34,514 bases of DNA from Candidatus Saccharimonadota bacterium (GCA_029288515.1 JARIHB010000166.1:1-34514); one strand, 5' to 3'. Shown: positions 1 to 9,791, counted from the stretch's first letter. Notes: a model not told the origin generated them from the sequence alone. Numbers and translations: made by a program.

Positions 1-222
1 CTGTGGCACATGCTGATAGTTGTGCTAGCTGTGGCATTGGCAGTAGCGGTGCGGCCGATTGCCGAGGAGCTGCTTCGCCAAAGCGAAGCCCTCGCCTTGG
101 CGAACGCGCCAACGCTTAAAACTATCGGGAGCGTAAGTAAACTAGTGTTGGCCTGGGCGGCGGCAGGTCACTGTGGCGTTATTATGCTGCGGCTATATGT
201 GCTGCGGGCACGACTGTGGTAG
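1..222 (+). CDS. Possible 3' end of a hydrophobic/membrane protein, truncated at the window start
   Basis: Frame 1 is open from base 1 to TAG at 220-222 and encodes two hydrophobic stretches (MLIVVLAVALAVAV; LVLAWAAAGHCGVIML). No family recognised. Confidence 0.3.
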   Translation: MWHMLIVVLAVALAVAVRPIAEELLRQSEALALANAPTLKTIGSVSKLVLAWAAAGHCGVIMLRLYVLRARLW

Positions 223-258
223 CATGTATATGATGATTATTATATAAATATTTTTACT

Positions 259-1482
259 ATGGATAGTTACGAATTTTCTAGTGAAGACTACGACAAAGCC
301 GAAGATCATTCTGTGCTTCGGCTGCCCAACGGCGAACAGGTGCATTTTCAGGCTTTCATGGACAGAGCCCAGATGGCGGGCGAAACCGTGCTGCACGCCA
401 GTGCGTTCCAACCCGGTGATATGGTGATCTTTAAGCCGGATGAAGCTGACCCGTTGGCCTCACCGACCGATTTTGTAGTAATGACGGTCGATCATACGCA
501 CTGGGAGTCATTGGGCCTGAACGATGCGCCGAGCGTGCATTCTATATGCAGCCTGCAGGGCACAGCTGTGCCGGAAGAGTTTACTGACCAGCCTATGCAT
601 TTTGTCGGAAGCGCTGTTGGGCTCAGCAATGCTGAGCTCGGAGGCCAAGTGGCGACTCATATGGAGCCACGATTTACGACCGTTGACGGGAGGCAAGTGC
701 TCGGCTTTAGCAACTATAGATATGCAGAAACCTTCCGTCTGGACGAAGACGGCCTCCAATCACTCGGGCCTAACGAGCTGGAGGCTACGATACGAAACGA
801 GTCAACGCGACATACCAACCACCTGGAACGCGTGCGAAGCCTGGCAGGTCTTTTTGGCTATGACATCACTGCAGAAGACCAGCCAGATGTGATGGTTGCC
901 CTGGACCGAGGTCAATATATGGTAGAGTACCGAGGAGGGCGCAGCGCCAACCATTTAACAGTGCTCGACCCGCAAACCGGGCTTTGGATGCAGGCACTAT
1001 ACTACGGCAGCGACAAGCAAATATTACAAGTGTCGGTAGCTGATCTGCGCGAACGCCGTCTGTCGTCGGTCTTTGCCGACGAGGATTACGGTATCAGTAC
1101 CGCCTATCAGATACGGGATGTCAACCCGGGTATCACCACCTATACTACAGCGCCGCGCTACGGACTGGATATGATTTGCTACCGGCCCTCTGCAGAGGTG
1201 TCAAGGTATCAGCTCGGTATACCGCCAGCCAGCGAGCATGTTCCATATACAATCCCAAGCCCTGACCTGTTAATCTCACCCGACGGCACGCTGCGCATCG
1301 GCAGCACTCTATCATATGACACAATGTGCGAAAATCACCCCGGTCTGGCCGAACAAGTGACCAGCCGTATCAGCGTCACACCAAACCCCGACGGCCCGCC
1401 AACATTGCACATCGGCGATAAGACCGTGGAACTGCCTGACCCGATCCCTCTCCTTGAGCACTACACACGGGTGCTACATTAA
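259..1482 (+). CDS. Hypothetical soluble protein (407 aa) with acidic N-terminus
   Basis: Long ORF after an AT-rich intergenic stretch; N-terminus MDSYEFSSEDYDKAED; no TM segment, signal peptide or recognised motif. Confidence 0.8.
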   Translation: MDSYEFSSEDYDKAEDHSVLRLPNGEQVHFQAFMDRAQMAGETVLHASAFQPGDMVIFKPDEADPLASPTDFVVMTVDHTHWESLGLNDAPSVHSICSLQGTAVPEEFTDQPMHFVGSAVGLSNAELGGQVATHMEPRFTTVDGRQVLGFSNYRYAETFRLDEDGLQSLGPNELEATIRNESTRHTNHLERVRSLAGLFGYDITAEDQPDVMVALDRGQYMVEYRGGRSANHLTVLDPQTGLWMQALYYGSDKQILQVSVADLRERRLSSVFADEDYGISTAYQIRDVNPGITTYTTAPRYGLDMICYRPSAEVSRYQLGIPPASEHVPYTIPSPDLLISPDGTLRIGSTLSYDTMCENHPGLAEQVTSRISVTPNPDGPPTLHIGDKTVELPDPIPLLEHYTRVLH

Positions 1483-1556
1483 TTAGTCCACTGTCTTTCT
1501 TCTACGTTACGCGCTACCGACAGCATTAGATAGGCATACTTACTAGTCTTAGCATC

Positions 1557-2159
1557 CTAAACTTGCTCGATCAGCTCCAGCCGGCGCACAATTGATCTGG
1601 GGGATAGGATTGTACCGGGGGAGGTGACGGCATTAGCGCCGATTTTACTGTCATCGCCAATGCAGGCGCCAAATTTCGTTATGCCAGTTTTTATCACCTT
1701 ACCGTCCCACATTACAGAGATTATTTTATCGTGGCGTTCGTTGTAATGATTAGCAGTAACTGAACCGGCCTCAAAATTGACCCGGCTGCCGATAATCGAG
1801 TCGCCCACAAAGTTAAAGTGGGCCAGTGCTGTGCTTGCGCCGATAAGGCTATGCTTTACTTCGCAGCCAGGGCCAATAGAGGAACCGCGGCCAACGTACA
1901 CGCCGCCGCGCAGTAAGCTATGGAGGCCTACAAAGGAATCTGCTGCAATGATAGCTGGCGCAAGAATTGTGGCAGCGGGATCTACTCGGGCAGCCGTATG
2001 GATGGCGACTCCATCTTTTATGATATATTCCCCACTCAGATGGGACACTGCATCACGAATCAGATTTTCTATACGTTCAATTGCTTGCCACGGATATGGG
2101 CACGCGCTCAGCTCCGGGAATTGCTCTATTATATCAGTACAGAAAAGTGTAAGCGTCAC
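1557..2159 (-). CDS. Hexapeptide-repeat (left-handed beta-helix) acyltransferase, resembling the GlmU C-terminal domain
   Basis: Hexapeptide repeats and the GlmU-like segments IGPGCEVKHSLIG, AHFNFVGDSIIGSRVNFEAG and KFGACIGDDSKIGANAV; the GTG start overlaps the upstream TGA (GTGA). Confidence 0.85.
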   Translation of the reverse strand: MTLTLFCTDIIEQFPELSACPYPWQAIERIENLIRDAVSHLSGEYIIKDGVAIHTAARVDPAATILAPAIIAADSFVGLHSLLRGGVYVGRGSSIGPGCEVKHSLIGASTALAHFNFVGDSIIGSRVNFEAGSVTANHYNERHDKIISVMWDGKVIKTGITKFGACIGDDSKIGANAVTSPGTILSPRSIVRRLELIEQV

Positions 2160-3337
2160 GCTTTCGCAGCAAGCAGAGGCCAGAAGGTTTGTTGGCCATG
2201 TGCATCCAAATTAAAGTGGTCGGTTATGTCGCGACGGAAGTCCTCTCGGTCGAAGGCGCGCAGCTTGTCATTGTGCAGTAGGAACTCCTCGAGCTCCAGA
2301 TATATGCGTAGCAACTCTTGCTCGTCCCGAGCACTTAAAGCAGTAGCCCCTTCGGTCTGTTGTGCGCGCGCCGTAATGATGCGCATCTTGTCCAGAATAG
2401 GGTCTATTTCGGACACATCTGCGACCGAGCTGGCGAGATATACGATAATGTCGGGTGAAGTAACTGAGCTTGTTTGGCGCCCAAAAAGACGTGCCACCCA
2501 CGATCTTTTATAACCAATACCGATGGCATTGAACTGATAGGCAGCGCACAACAAACCAATGTCGGCCAATATAGCCGGAATGATATACATGCGGCTGGCA
2601 AAGTACCAGTTGTGGTAGCCCACAATCTCTAGGACGGCCGTGTTGAGTACCGCAGCGAATTGCAAGCCAATGCCAATAGTGAGCCAGGTGAAAACCCTCT
2701 GGTAACTACTGCCTGTTTTGGCCCTCATCTGGCTAACAAGGTACAGCGCCGCGCCGTAAAAAAGCAACGGCAACGTAGGAACAAGTTCAAACGCATCATA
2801 GCCTGCTTCATCGGCGCCCTGGTCGGTACCGACCGGTGCGTGGGGGAGCAGTGCATGAAGAGCCCAGGCCGCAAGTGACAGGCCAAGAACAACCCATACA
2901 CGCGCCCATACACTTTTAAATCCCAGTGTTTTATAAAACTTGCGCGCACCCAGGAACATAAGGATCGAGCCCAAAAAGTAATTCATATAGGTTAAGAATG
3001 TTAGTGTCGGGTCCTGCCATAAGTTGTGATACTCGATGTAAGGGAACAGTAAGGCTACAAGCCCGACAGCCAGCTGTGAAAATGCGATAAGGCGGTAAGC
3101 CGGCTTCAGCTCCGGCTTAAAGTTGCGCACCGCCCGGAAGAACAAAAAAGCACCGCTGAGAGCAATGGCGGCATCAAACAGCGATAAAGGCGCTCCAAGC
3201 GGAGAATAGAGCGTGGTGCTGGCTAGCTTATCCGGGCGAGGCACCACAAACCACACCAGCCCCGCAATTACCGACAAGCTTACCAATACGACTGTAATTA
3301 TACGGAGCTTAACGATAGTCGGAGCTGCTGTTTTCAT
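2156..3337 (-). CDS. Polytopic membrane protein (about 8 TM helices) with a soluble C-terminal domain
   Basis: Multiple hydrophobic segments over about residues 10-270, followed by a charged helical tail; translationally coupled to the acyltransferase gene. Confidence 0.75.
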   Translation of the reverse strand: MKTAAPTIVKLRIITVVLVSLSVIAGLVWFVVPRPDKLASTTLYSPLGAPLSLFDAAIALSGAFLFFRAVRNFKPELKPAYRLIAFSQLAVGLVALLFPYIEYHNLWQDPTLTFLTYMNYFLGSILMFLGARKFYKTLGFKSVWARVWVVLGLSLAAWALHALLPHAPVGTDQGADEAGYDAFELVPTLPLLFYGAALYLVSQMRAKTGSSYQRVFTWLTIGIGLQFAAVLNTAVLEIVGYHNWYFASRMYIIPAILADIGLLCAAYQFNAIGIGYKRSWVARLFGRQTSSVTSPDIIVYLASSVADVSEIDPILDKMRIITARAQQTEGATALSARDEQELLRIYLELEEFLLHNDKLRAFDREDFRRDITDHFNLDAHGQQTFWPLLAAKA

Positions 3338-3421
3338 GGTAATTGCTTATGATTATAAACGAAGGTTTCCAAAGTTCCTACTATTATTTAAGGACGTAAT
3401 TGGATGCAGGGAATAGTGCAG

Positions 3422-4819
3422 TTAACGCCGGGCCGTCCAGGCAAATGTAGCTGTAGTGGCACCCGGGTCGACATCAACATTAATTGTAAACTGGGTAGCA
3501 CCCGCGCCTGAAATCCAAAACTTCGTTGCCGATCCAAGACTGTTGGTCGGGGTGACAGAAATATTGCCGAGTGCCGGCGTAACAGATAAGTTGTGAGTGA
3601 CAGCTATACTCGTGGCGCCATTCAAGACGGTTGCAGTTCCACTGGACTCGGTGGTGTACCCGACATTGTTACGGATAATAGTAGTTGCAGCGCCGCTGCT
3701 TTCCAGCAAGGCGACCGTTGCGGCTGCATTCGTTACCAATGTGTTGGATGTAATGATATTATCGCCGCTCCCGCCAGTGCTTTCTTCACGGATAAGGCTA
3801 CGGGTTTTGTTGGCATTTACTGCCGTTTCGAGCACGTTTCCCGTTATAACGTTATAGTGGGTATTAAATTCCAGATGAACGCCCGACGCTGCCGCGCTGC
3901 CATTGTCGCCGGGGCTGGTAAACATATTACCTACGATCATACAGCGCGTGCCGGCAATAAAAACGCTGTCACCCGCAATACCGTCGAAGGTGCAGGCTAC
4001 AATCTTGGTGTCCTTGGCATTCTGTACACGTACTCCGATGCAGTTATGCAGCCCGGCTACAAAATTAGCGCCGGTGATATGTTGCAGCCCCGCCTGATCG
4101 TAGAACATGATAGGATTACTGCCTATAGGGTTGCTACTGCCGCCCAAATATTCAAAGTCGCTGCTTATAAACCAGTTTTCGTCACTGGAAGTTGTCCAGA
4201 CACCGCCGCCAAAGCCGGCGCTCAAGCCGCCTTGATCAAACAGGCACTGCATAACCCGGTTGTGGTGACCAAAGGCGCCACCCGGCATAGGGCCCAATTT
4301 GAGTCCCCAGTCATAGCAGCTTGTGAAGTGCAGCCGCTCGAAGCTGCACTGAACAGCTCCATCAGCCTTGATGCCGCCGCCAGCTGACTCGTTGGCACTG
4401 TTGCCGTCAATAGTGAAATCACATAGGTGTGCGCCAACAATAGCTACGCCGTTCTGGCCACTGTTAAAGGTGATTACATAATCATTAAGGCTAGCCGTAG
4501 CTTTTAAGGTGGTCGCTTCGCGGCCGGCGCCGATGACAGTTACGGCGCTGTTGACGGTTAGCGTAGTGCCGATAATAGCAGTCCCAGGCGGCAGCATAAG
4601 AGGTTTTTTGGCTGCTATAGCCGCATCAATAGCAGCCTGCAATGCAGTAGCGTCGTCAGTACTGCCGTCAAACTGAACGCCATAATCCGTGGCCTGCAGA
4701 TATGTGCCAGCGGTCCGGAGTTTGAGCGTGCCGTCAGCATTATGCTCAACACCTAAAAACTCATTCAGCACTTGGCCCCAGACACCGCCATCGCTGCCAG
4801 GAACAGGTAATCTTGCCAT
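3422..4819 (-). CDS. Right-handed parallel beta-helix protein (pectate_lyase_3 / tailspike-like glycan-binding or depolymerase protein)
   Basis: The segment ATDYGVQFDGSTDDATALQAAIDAA...LMLPPGT matches the pectate_lyase_3 N-terminal motif. Beta-helix rungs follow (IVGN, ITGN, ITSN), then a C-terminal beta-rich domain. A short N-terminal module MARLPVPGSDGGVWGQVLNEFL precedes it. Confidence 0.8.
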   Translation of the reverse strand: MARLPVPGSDGGVWGQVLNEFLGVEHNADGTLKLRTAGTYLQATDYGVQFDGSTDDATALQAAIDAAIAAKKPLMLPPGTAIIGTTLTVNSAVTVIGAGREATTLKATASLNDYVITFNSGQNGVAIVGAHLCDFTIDGNSANESAGGGIKADGAVQCSFERLHFTSCYDWGLKLGPMPGGAFGHHNRVMQCLFDQGGLSAGFGGGVWTTSSDENWFISSDFEYLGGSSNPIGSNPIMFYDQAGLQHITGANFVAGLHNCIGVRVQNAKDTKIVACTFDGIAGDSVFIAGTRCMIVGNMFTSPGDNGSAAASGVHLEFNTHYNVITGNVLETAVNANKTRSLIREESTGGSGDNIITSNTLVTNAAATVALLESSGAATTIIRNNVGYTTESSGTATVLNGATSIAVTHNLSVTPALGNISVTPTNSLGSATKFWISGAGATQFTINVDVDPGATTATFAWTARR

Positions 4820-4898
4820 ATTTGTTACAACCCTTTACAGCCTCTATTTTAGCATAAGCCGCATGTTTTTACGGCAGCAAAGCTGTCTTAATGAGACG

Positions 4899-6065
4899 TT
4901 AACGCTGGACGAAAAAACCAGGTTCGCTTGGATCCATCAGGAATCCTTCACCGAGGTCGGGCAAACCATCGCGGAGCATGGCGGCAATAGCCAAACAACC
5001 TATTGGCTCCTGGGGGTACAGCGGGTGCCGTAAACGCTCCTCGATAGCAGTTTTTGCCTGAACGAGTATGTCACGCGCCGGAGCGGCATAATCACCAGGC
5101 ATGCTCTCAATAAGCTCACTGGCATACCGTTCAAGGAACAGCGGGGTTATGTCCTCGTACGGCAGCTCTGTAACGAATTTCAGAAGATCGCTATCACTTA
5201 GGCGTGGATTAAAGTGTCTATACCGCGCGTTGTCATCGTCGCTTGGGCTTTTACCCTCCGGAGTAATCACTCCACTTTCGTGTTTCACCAACGATTGAGC
5301 CATCCCTAACCGGACGGCCGCGTTTAAGGAGTCGGGCTCCTCATAATCATCGGGAATATCCACTGCCACTGTCGTTTCTTCGTCTGCCGTAGCAAATAAA
5401 CCTTGAGGTGCCAGACGCATGAAATGCCGACGCTGTAATTGCGTAGAAGCAGGTCCGGTAAAGCCAACGCGAATAGCTCGTTCATCGTCAAGTTCGTTCA
5501 CACCCAATTCTTTGACGTGTACTTGGGTTTCGGCGGTAGCCAGTATTGTGTTTCCGTCGCTTGGCTCTCTCCCGTACAGCACCTCGCCTTCTTCCGAAGC
5601 TATGCCCTCTAGTTGCCTATAAAAGGTGAAGCCGAATCCCAGCAGAAGTCCACGGTGCGTGCCGATTACTCCCCGAGTGGCATCTACAAATGACCGGCTG
5701 TAGACCGGCGCGTCAGGCTCAAGGGGTAGTCGTACGCTGTAAAGTGCTGCTTCACCCTGGCCGTGATTGCCTGCCGGCCACAGACCGACTAGATCGGCGA
5801 AAGCAGTCATCGGGCTAAACTCCACGCGGCGTACCAGCTGCCCTGTCTCGTCGACATGCATCGAGTTGCGCATACGCATATCCGGTGCCAGCAGGCCAGA
5901 TTGAAGAGTAACAATCGTACCGTCCCCGGAGGCAAGGCATCCCAGGTTAAGGGTATCGTGCTCTTCTGCCCGTTCGTACGCGAGGAATTCAGCTAACTGG
6001 TAATCGCTCATACGAGTTATTGCTTCTTGTGCAAGAGGATGGGGGGTTTCGGCGGGTAGTGGCAT
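4899..6065 (-). CDS. Hypothetical soluble acidic protein (about 388 aa)
   Basis: Long ORF. The start is placed at ATG 6065 (MPLPAETPHP) because TATGAT lies 6 nt upstream and TTGGAT 18 bp further. No recognised family. Confidence 0.75.
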   Translation of the reverse strand: MPLPAETPHPLAQEAITRMSDYQLAEFLAYERAEEHDTLNLGCLASGDGTIVTLQSGLLAPDMRMRNSMHVDETGQLVRRVEFSPMTAFADLVGLWPAGNHGQGEAALYSVRLPLEPDAPVYSRSFVDATRGVIGTHRGLLLGFGFTFYRQLEGIASEEGEVLYGREPSDGNTILATAETQVHVKELGVNELDDERAIRVGFTGPASTQLQRRHFMRLAPQGLFATADEETTVAVDIPDDYEEPDSLNAAVRLGMAQSLVKHESGVITPEGKSPSDDDNARYRHFNPRLSDSDLLKFVTELPYEDITPLFLERYASELIESMPGDYAAPARDILVQAKTAIEERLRHPLYPQEPIGCLAIAAMLRDGLPDLGEGFLMDPSEPGFFVQR

Positions 6066-6155
6066 GTAGCGATCATACGCTATGCAAGGCCGCATATCCA
6101 AAGCAGCCGTACACATACTACGGCTTGGGCCGCTTAGGTGGACGCCTGCCGTAGG

Positions 6156-6533
6156 CTAGGCTTGCTCTACATGTATCAAGCTGCCGTCTGGGTCGGTAAA
6201 ATTAAACCACTTTGTGCCTGAGCCCGGGCCATGCAAGTCGTCTTGAATGTCACTAACTTTAACACCTTTGTCGCCAAGCTCTTTGTGTGACGCCTGGAGG
6301 TCCGAAGCCGCGAAGTATAGTGTTGCAGTGCCTGGCTTCATATGCGCATGGTGGGTGGTAAGCGTAACAGTGACGCCTCCCTCCGGGAGGGAGAGGGATA
6401 CCCACCAATTATCATCATCTTGACGATAATCCGCCGTGACCTCCAGGCCGAGCTTGTCAGCATAGAACGACTTGGCCTGTGGCATATCACTAACGGCCAT
6501 TTGAAGCATCATGAATTTGTTGATTGTTGGCAT
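6156..6533 (-). CDS. VOC (glyoxalase/bleomycin-resistance) family protein
   Basis: Motifs VSDMPQAKSFYADKLGL and WFNFTDPDGSLIHVEQ; AGGAGG Shine-Dalgarno before ATG 6533; divergent from the MarR gene. Confidence 0.9.
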   Translation of the reverse strand: MPTINKFMMLQMAVSDMPQAKSFYADKLGLEVTADYRQDDDNWWVSLSLPEGGVTVTLTTHHAHMKPGTATLYFAASDLQASHKELGDKGVKVSDIQDDLHGPGSGTKWFNFTDPDGSLIHVEQA

Positions 6534-6575
6534 AAGCACCCCTCCTATTGCGAATAGTATAATATAATCGTATAA

Positions 6576-6588
6576 TCAAGTTACTTGA
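6576..6588. promoter_or_regulatory. Palindrome, putative MarR operator
   Basis: Perfect inverted repeat TCAAGT-T-ACTTGA in the short divergent intergenic region between the VOC and MarR genes, next to several TATAAT boxes. Confidence 0.6.
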
Positions 6589-6615
6589 AATTAGAGATAA
6601 TGTCAACGATTTGTC

Positions 6616-7095
6616 ATGCATTCTAGGGAAGATTTGGAAAAAGAGGTAATGGTAGCTGCCCGGGATCAGGGTATTGGCTCTGTCTTATTCCGCAATGCTT
6701 TGGGCCGAAAGCTTGGCGTGAATGTTACCGATAATGAATGCCTCAGTTTTTTAACCATACAAGGAGTGGCGACCCCATCGGAACTTGCACATTACACCGG
6801 TCTTACTACCGGCTCCACTACGGCGATGTTGGACAGGCTAGAGAAGGCCGGATTTATTATGCGCAAACCTAATCCAAAGGACAGGCGCGGCGTACTGATT
6901 GAGGTCAACAAAAAATGGATGGCGGCCGCCGGACCGCTGGTTGCCGGCATTCAAAGTGCGCACAGAGAATTACTTGGCAGCTACTCGGATAAGGAGCTGA
7001 TAGTGATAGCCGATTTTTTGAAACGCTTCACTTATAATGTCCACGAACACACAAAGAAGATAGAAGAAGATACTCCGTCGACGCTTAGCCGCTAG
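6616..7095 (+). CDS. MarR-family transcriptional regulator
   Basis: Winged-HTH signature TPSELAHYTGLTTGSTTAMLDRLEKAGFIMRKPNPKDRRGVLI. Confidence 0.95.
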   Translation: MHSREDLEKEVMVAARDQGIGSVLFRNALGRKLGVNVTDNECLSFLTIQGVATPSELAHYTGLTTGSTTAMLDRLEKAGFIMRKPNPKDRRGVLIEVNKKWMAAAGPLVAGIQSAHRELLGSYSDKELIVIADFLKRFTYNVHEHTKKIEEDTPSTLSR

Positions 7096-7124
7096 CCGCT
7101 GACAAACTTCAGCTGGCGCCCGGT

Positions 7125-8177
7125 TTATGCCTCGCCTGGCGGCACAATCCGAAGCCACTCCTCTGGAACCAGCTCTGCAGCCTTCTTAACCGCCTCAGGG
7201 AGAATATGGTGCGAGACATCACCCAACAAGCCTCCGGCTTTCAAAGCCGGGCATTTCAGACGTTCGATGTGCAGAACAGCTGCTGACGGCAGATGTAGTT
7301 CGCCTTGGGCAGTCAAAATTATTTTAGATATATCCGGCGGGTCCGGTGGCGGGGGCGGCATAGACAGACGCCCCGCATCAAACTCCGGCGTCCGGCCGGT
7401 GTATGGGCCAAGGCGCTCGCTGTGGAACTCGTCTGCCCGGAAGTTAGCCAAGCCGGTGAATGCCCGTGACTGGCTTGCCTCGGCAATAGCTTCCGGGTCA
7501 ATCGGCTGGGCAAGCAGTTCTGGTGTCAGTTCTTGGTCAGTCTCTACGCCCGTTAGCAGCAACATATAGACGCGGGAAGCGCCAGCCAGCGAGTTCTCGG
7601 CAATGTTGTGAGCGGCAGCACTGTCCGAGCTGCTAATGCCTGCTATTGCTATGTCCTCCGGGAGGGGCGGTACGGGCAAGCCGCTCTTTATGGCTTCTTC
7701 GGTGCGGCGTTGGAGCGTGGCGTAGCTAAGCGCATCGGTGAGATAGCGTTGATACGGCGGCAAGCTACCGGCTGCGGCCTGCGCCAGCGGTTCAAACGGC
7801 TCACCCATAACGTCCGAATCGAGATCACCGATGAGCGGCCGGAACGGCTCATCGGCAGGTATTTCCGCGCCCCGTCGTTGCATAGCGCCCCGCAACATAC
7901 TCATCGCTACGTGGTCGGTAATTACGCCGCGCACTTCCTCATGCTGCAGCGGTCCGGCCATGCGCGTCATAATCTCGCCCAGCCCGTAATAGTAGCTGGC
8001 CTCACGTTCGGCATCCGGTACGGCTAAGGCCGCATGGAACAGTTCGGCGGAGCTCGATTCAGCCAGCGGATCGGTACGACCCAAATCAGTCGGCACCAAA
8101 GCCCGAGCCCGCTCTATGAGCTCTGGCCATTCGGGCGGTATTTCGCGGGTGTGACGAGGAGGAGTTATGCCTTCCAT
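7125..8177 (-). CDS. Hypothetical soluble Pro/Glu/Ala-rich protein (350 aa)
   Basis: Long ORF, convergent with marR; poly-Pro linker (MPPPPPDPP) and a KCPAL motif near the C-terminus; no recognised family. Confidence 0.75.
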   Translation of the reverse strand: MEGITPPRHTREIPPEWPELIERARALVPTDLGRTDPLAESSSAELFHAALAVPDAEREASYYYGLGEIMTRMAGPLQHEEVRGVITDHVAMSMLRGAMQRRGAEIPADEPFRPLIGDLDSDVMGEPFEPLAQAAAGSLPPYQRYLTDALSYATLQRRTEEAIKSGLPVPPLPEDIAIAGISSSDSAAAHNIAENSLAGASRVYMLLLTGVETDQELTPELLAQPIDPEAIAEASQSRAFTGLANFRADEFHSERLGPYTGRTPEFDAGRLSMPPPPPDPPDISKIILTAQGELHLPSAAVLHIERLKCPALKAGGLLGDVSHHILPEAVKKAAELVPEEWLRIVPPGEA

Positions 8178-8388
8178 ATCGGATAATTATTACCACGCAC
8201 CAGTTGCTTTTACAAATAAGTTTTATTGTTTCAGGGCCGGTTTGTCTGCCTTGGCAGTACGTACCGCGGAAGTTCTGCGGTGTAAAGCGCTGTGGATAAT
8301 ATAAAATGTTCGCATATTTAATGCGATTTTAATAAATAAGGAGGAGAATAGTAGGTACAAAGGGGTGGTAATTAAAAGGAGGGTAGTC

Positions 8389-9699
8389 TTGAAATATAGA
8401 TTTACACATAAACTAGTAATGGCCTTGAGTGGCTTTATCGTTGGAATTGGCATTTTGATGGCAGCCACCGGTACGGGCCATGCAGCGAGTTCGGTAAATA
8501 GCCACGTCGAATTATATGGTGGCACAACGCTAACATCGGATAGTGGTCAGTTTAGCCTCGCTGTGCAGGGTGACGGCAATGTAGTGGCTTATTTTGGCAA
8601 CCGGCCGTACTGGGCGCTTGGCACATCTTCGCAAGGAGCGCGGCTGGCCGTTCAGGGTGATGGTAATCTAGTACTTTACACGAGCAGCTACAGTGTACTC
8701 TGGGCTTCAGGCACGTATGATCCTGCTGGCGCTCAGCTGCGCATACAAAATGATGGAAACGTGGTGCTTGTCGGCAACTCGCGCGGTCTCTTATGGGCGA
8801 GCAACAAGGCACCGACCCGTCTGTATAGTGGTCAAAAACTAGTTGGCGATAATTGGTGGACCATCTATTCTCCAAATTACCGCTACCGAATGGTTATGCA
8901 GCCCGACGGTAATGTTGTTGCATACGATGGCGGAACGGCAATCTGGTCCAAGCATGGAGCGCAGCAGCACTCCACGTTGGAGATGCAAACCGATGCTAAT
9001 TTAGTGCTCTATAACGGCAGTCATACTGCTTTATGGGCCACAAACAAGTTTGGCCCTAACGGTAGCTACCTGGAGGGTCAGAATGATGGTAACTTCGTGG
9101 TGTATTCGCCAAATGGAGTTGCCTTATGGAGCACTCGCGGCGACACCACGCCAGATGTTGGTGGTGTAAGTAATGGCCTTATTACTGGTAGCGACCGTGA
9201 TTTGGCGCAAAAGATTTTAGGTTCAGGCAAAGTTACAGGTGATTCGCGTTACATCGGGCAGATCCAGGCCTATGCAAATGGTAACTACGGCTGCCACATT
9301 AACCCAACTATTCTATCGGTCATTTACACCATCGTAGCGCCTGCTTCGAACGGCGGATTGAATCACTCCATCTACATTAGCTCTTTGAACCGATACTGCA
9401 CAGGCGTGATCACAAGCTCCGGTACGAGCAGTTATCACTATACGAGTGGCGGCGGGCACGCAGTTGATATCGCTATAGTTGATGGTGTTTCCTCGACTGG
9501 TTACACTGATAATGATCTGGCGTTGCTGCGGCAAATTATTCCTCGCCTGCCAAGTGGATCGGGCTTGGGGCAGTCAGATTGCCGTCAGAAGAGGTACAAT
9601 CAGACGAGAGACTCAAAGTATATTTTGAGCCTACCTGCTGGTATAACGCAGTTCTCTGATACGTGTAATCATAACCACATTCAGGTTCCAATAAGGTAA
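8389..9699 (+). CDS. Secreted protein with two bulb-type (B-) lectin domains and a C-terminal M15-like (Hedgehog/DD-peptidase fold) Zn peptidase domain
   Basis: TTG start at 8389 after AGGAGG gives a signal peptide (MKYRFTHKLVMALSGFIVGIGILMAATGTGHAA). There are six QxDxNxVx(Y) repeats. The C-terminal region has SYHYTSGGGHAVD and NHNHIQV. Confidence 0.8.
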   Translation: MKYRFTHKLVMALSGFIVGIGILMAATGTGHAASSVNSHVELYGGTTLTSDSGQFSLAVQGDGNVVAYFGNRPYWALGTSSQGARLAVQGDGNLVLYTSSYSVLWASGTYDPAGAQLRIQNDGNVVLVGNSRGLLWASNKAPTRLYSGQKLVGDNWWTIYSPNYRYRMVMQPDGNVVAYDGGTAIWSKHGAQQHSTLEMQTDANLVLYNGSHTALWATNKFGPNGSYLEGQNDGNFVVYSPNGVALWSTRGDTTPDVGGVSNGLITGSDRDLAQKILGSGKVTGDSRYIGQIQAYANGNYGCHINPTILSVIYTIVAPASNGGLNHSIYISSLNRYCTGVITSSGTSSYHYTSGGGHAVDIAIVDGVSSTGYTDNDLALLRQIIPRLPSGSGLGQSDCRQKRYNQTRDSKYILSLPAGITQFSDTCNHNHIQVPIR

Positions 9700-9717
9700 A
9701 CCTACGTACGATGCAGT

Positions 9718-9751
9718 AAAACTAAGCCGGTACTATGCCGGCTTAGTTTTT
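9718..9751. terminator. Intrinsic terminator, probably bidirectional
   Basis: 13-bp inverted repeat AAAACTAAGCCGG / CCGGCTTAGTTTT just downstream of the lectin gene stop. Confidence 0.8.
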
Positions 9752-9791
9752 ATAGTGGATGTACTGCCTGGACTGATCGTAGGTAAAACAA

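Noticed and set aside
3421-4905. GTTAACGC at 3421 and 4898, resembling integron attC core sites
   Set aside because: Both are simply Arg-TAA gene ends on the minus strand; no attC-like hairpins or integron integrase were seen.
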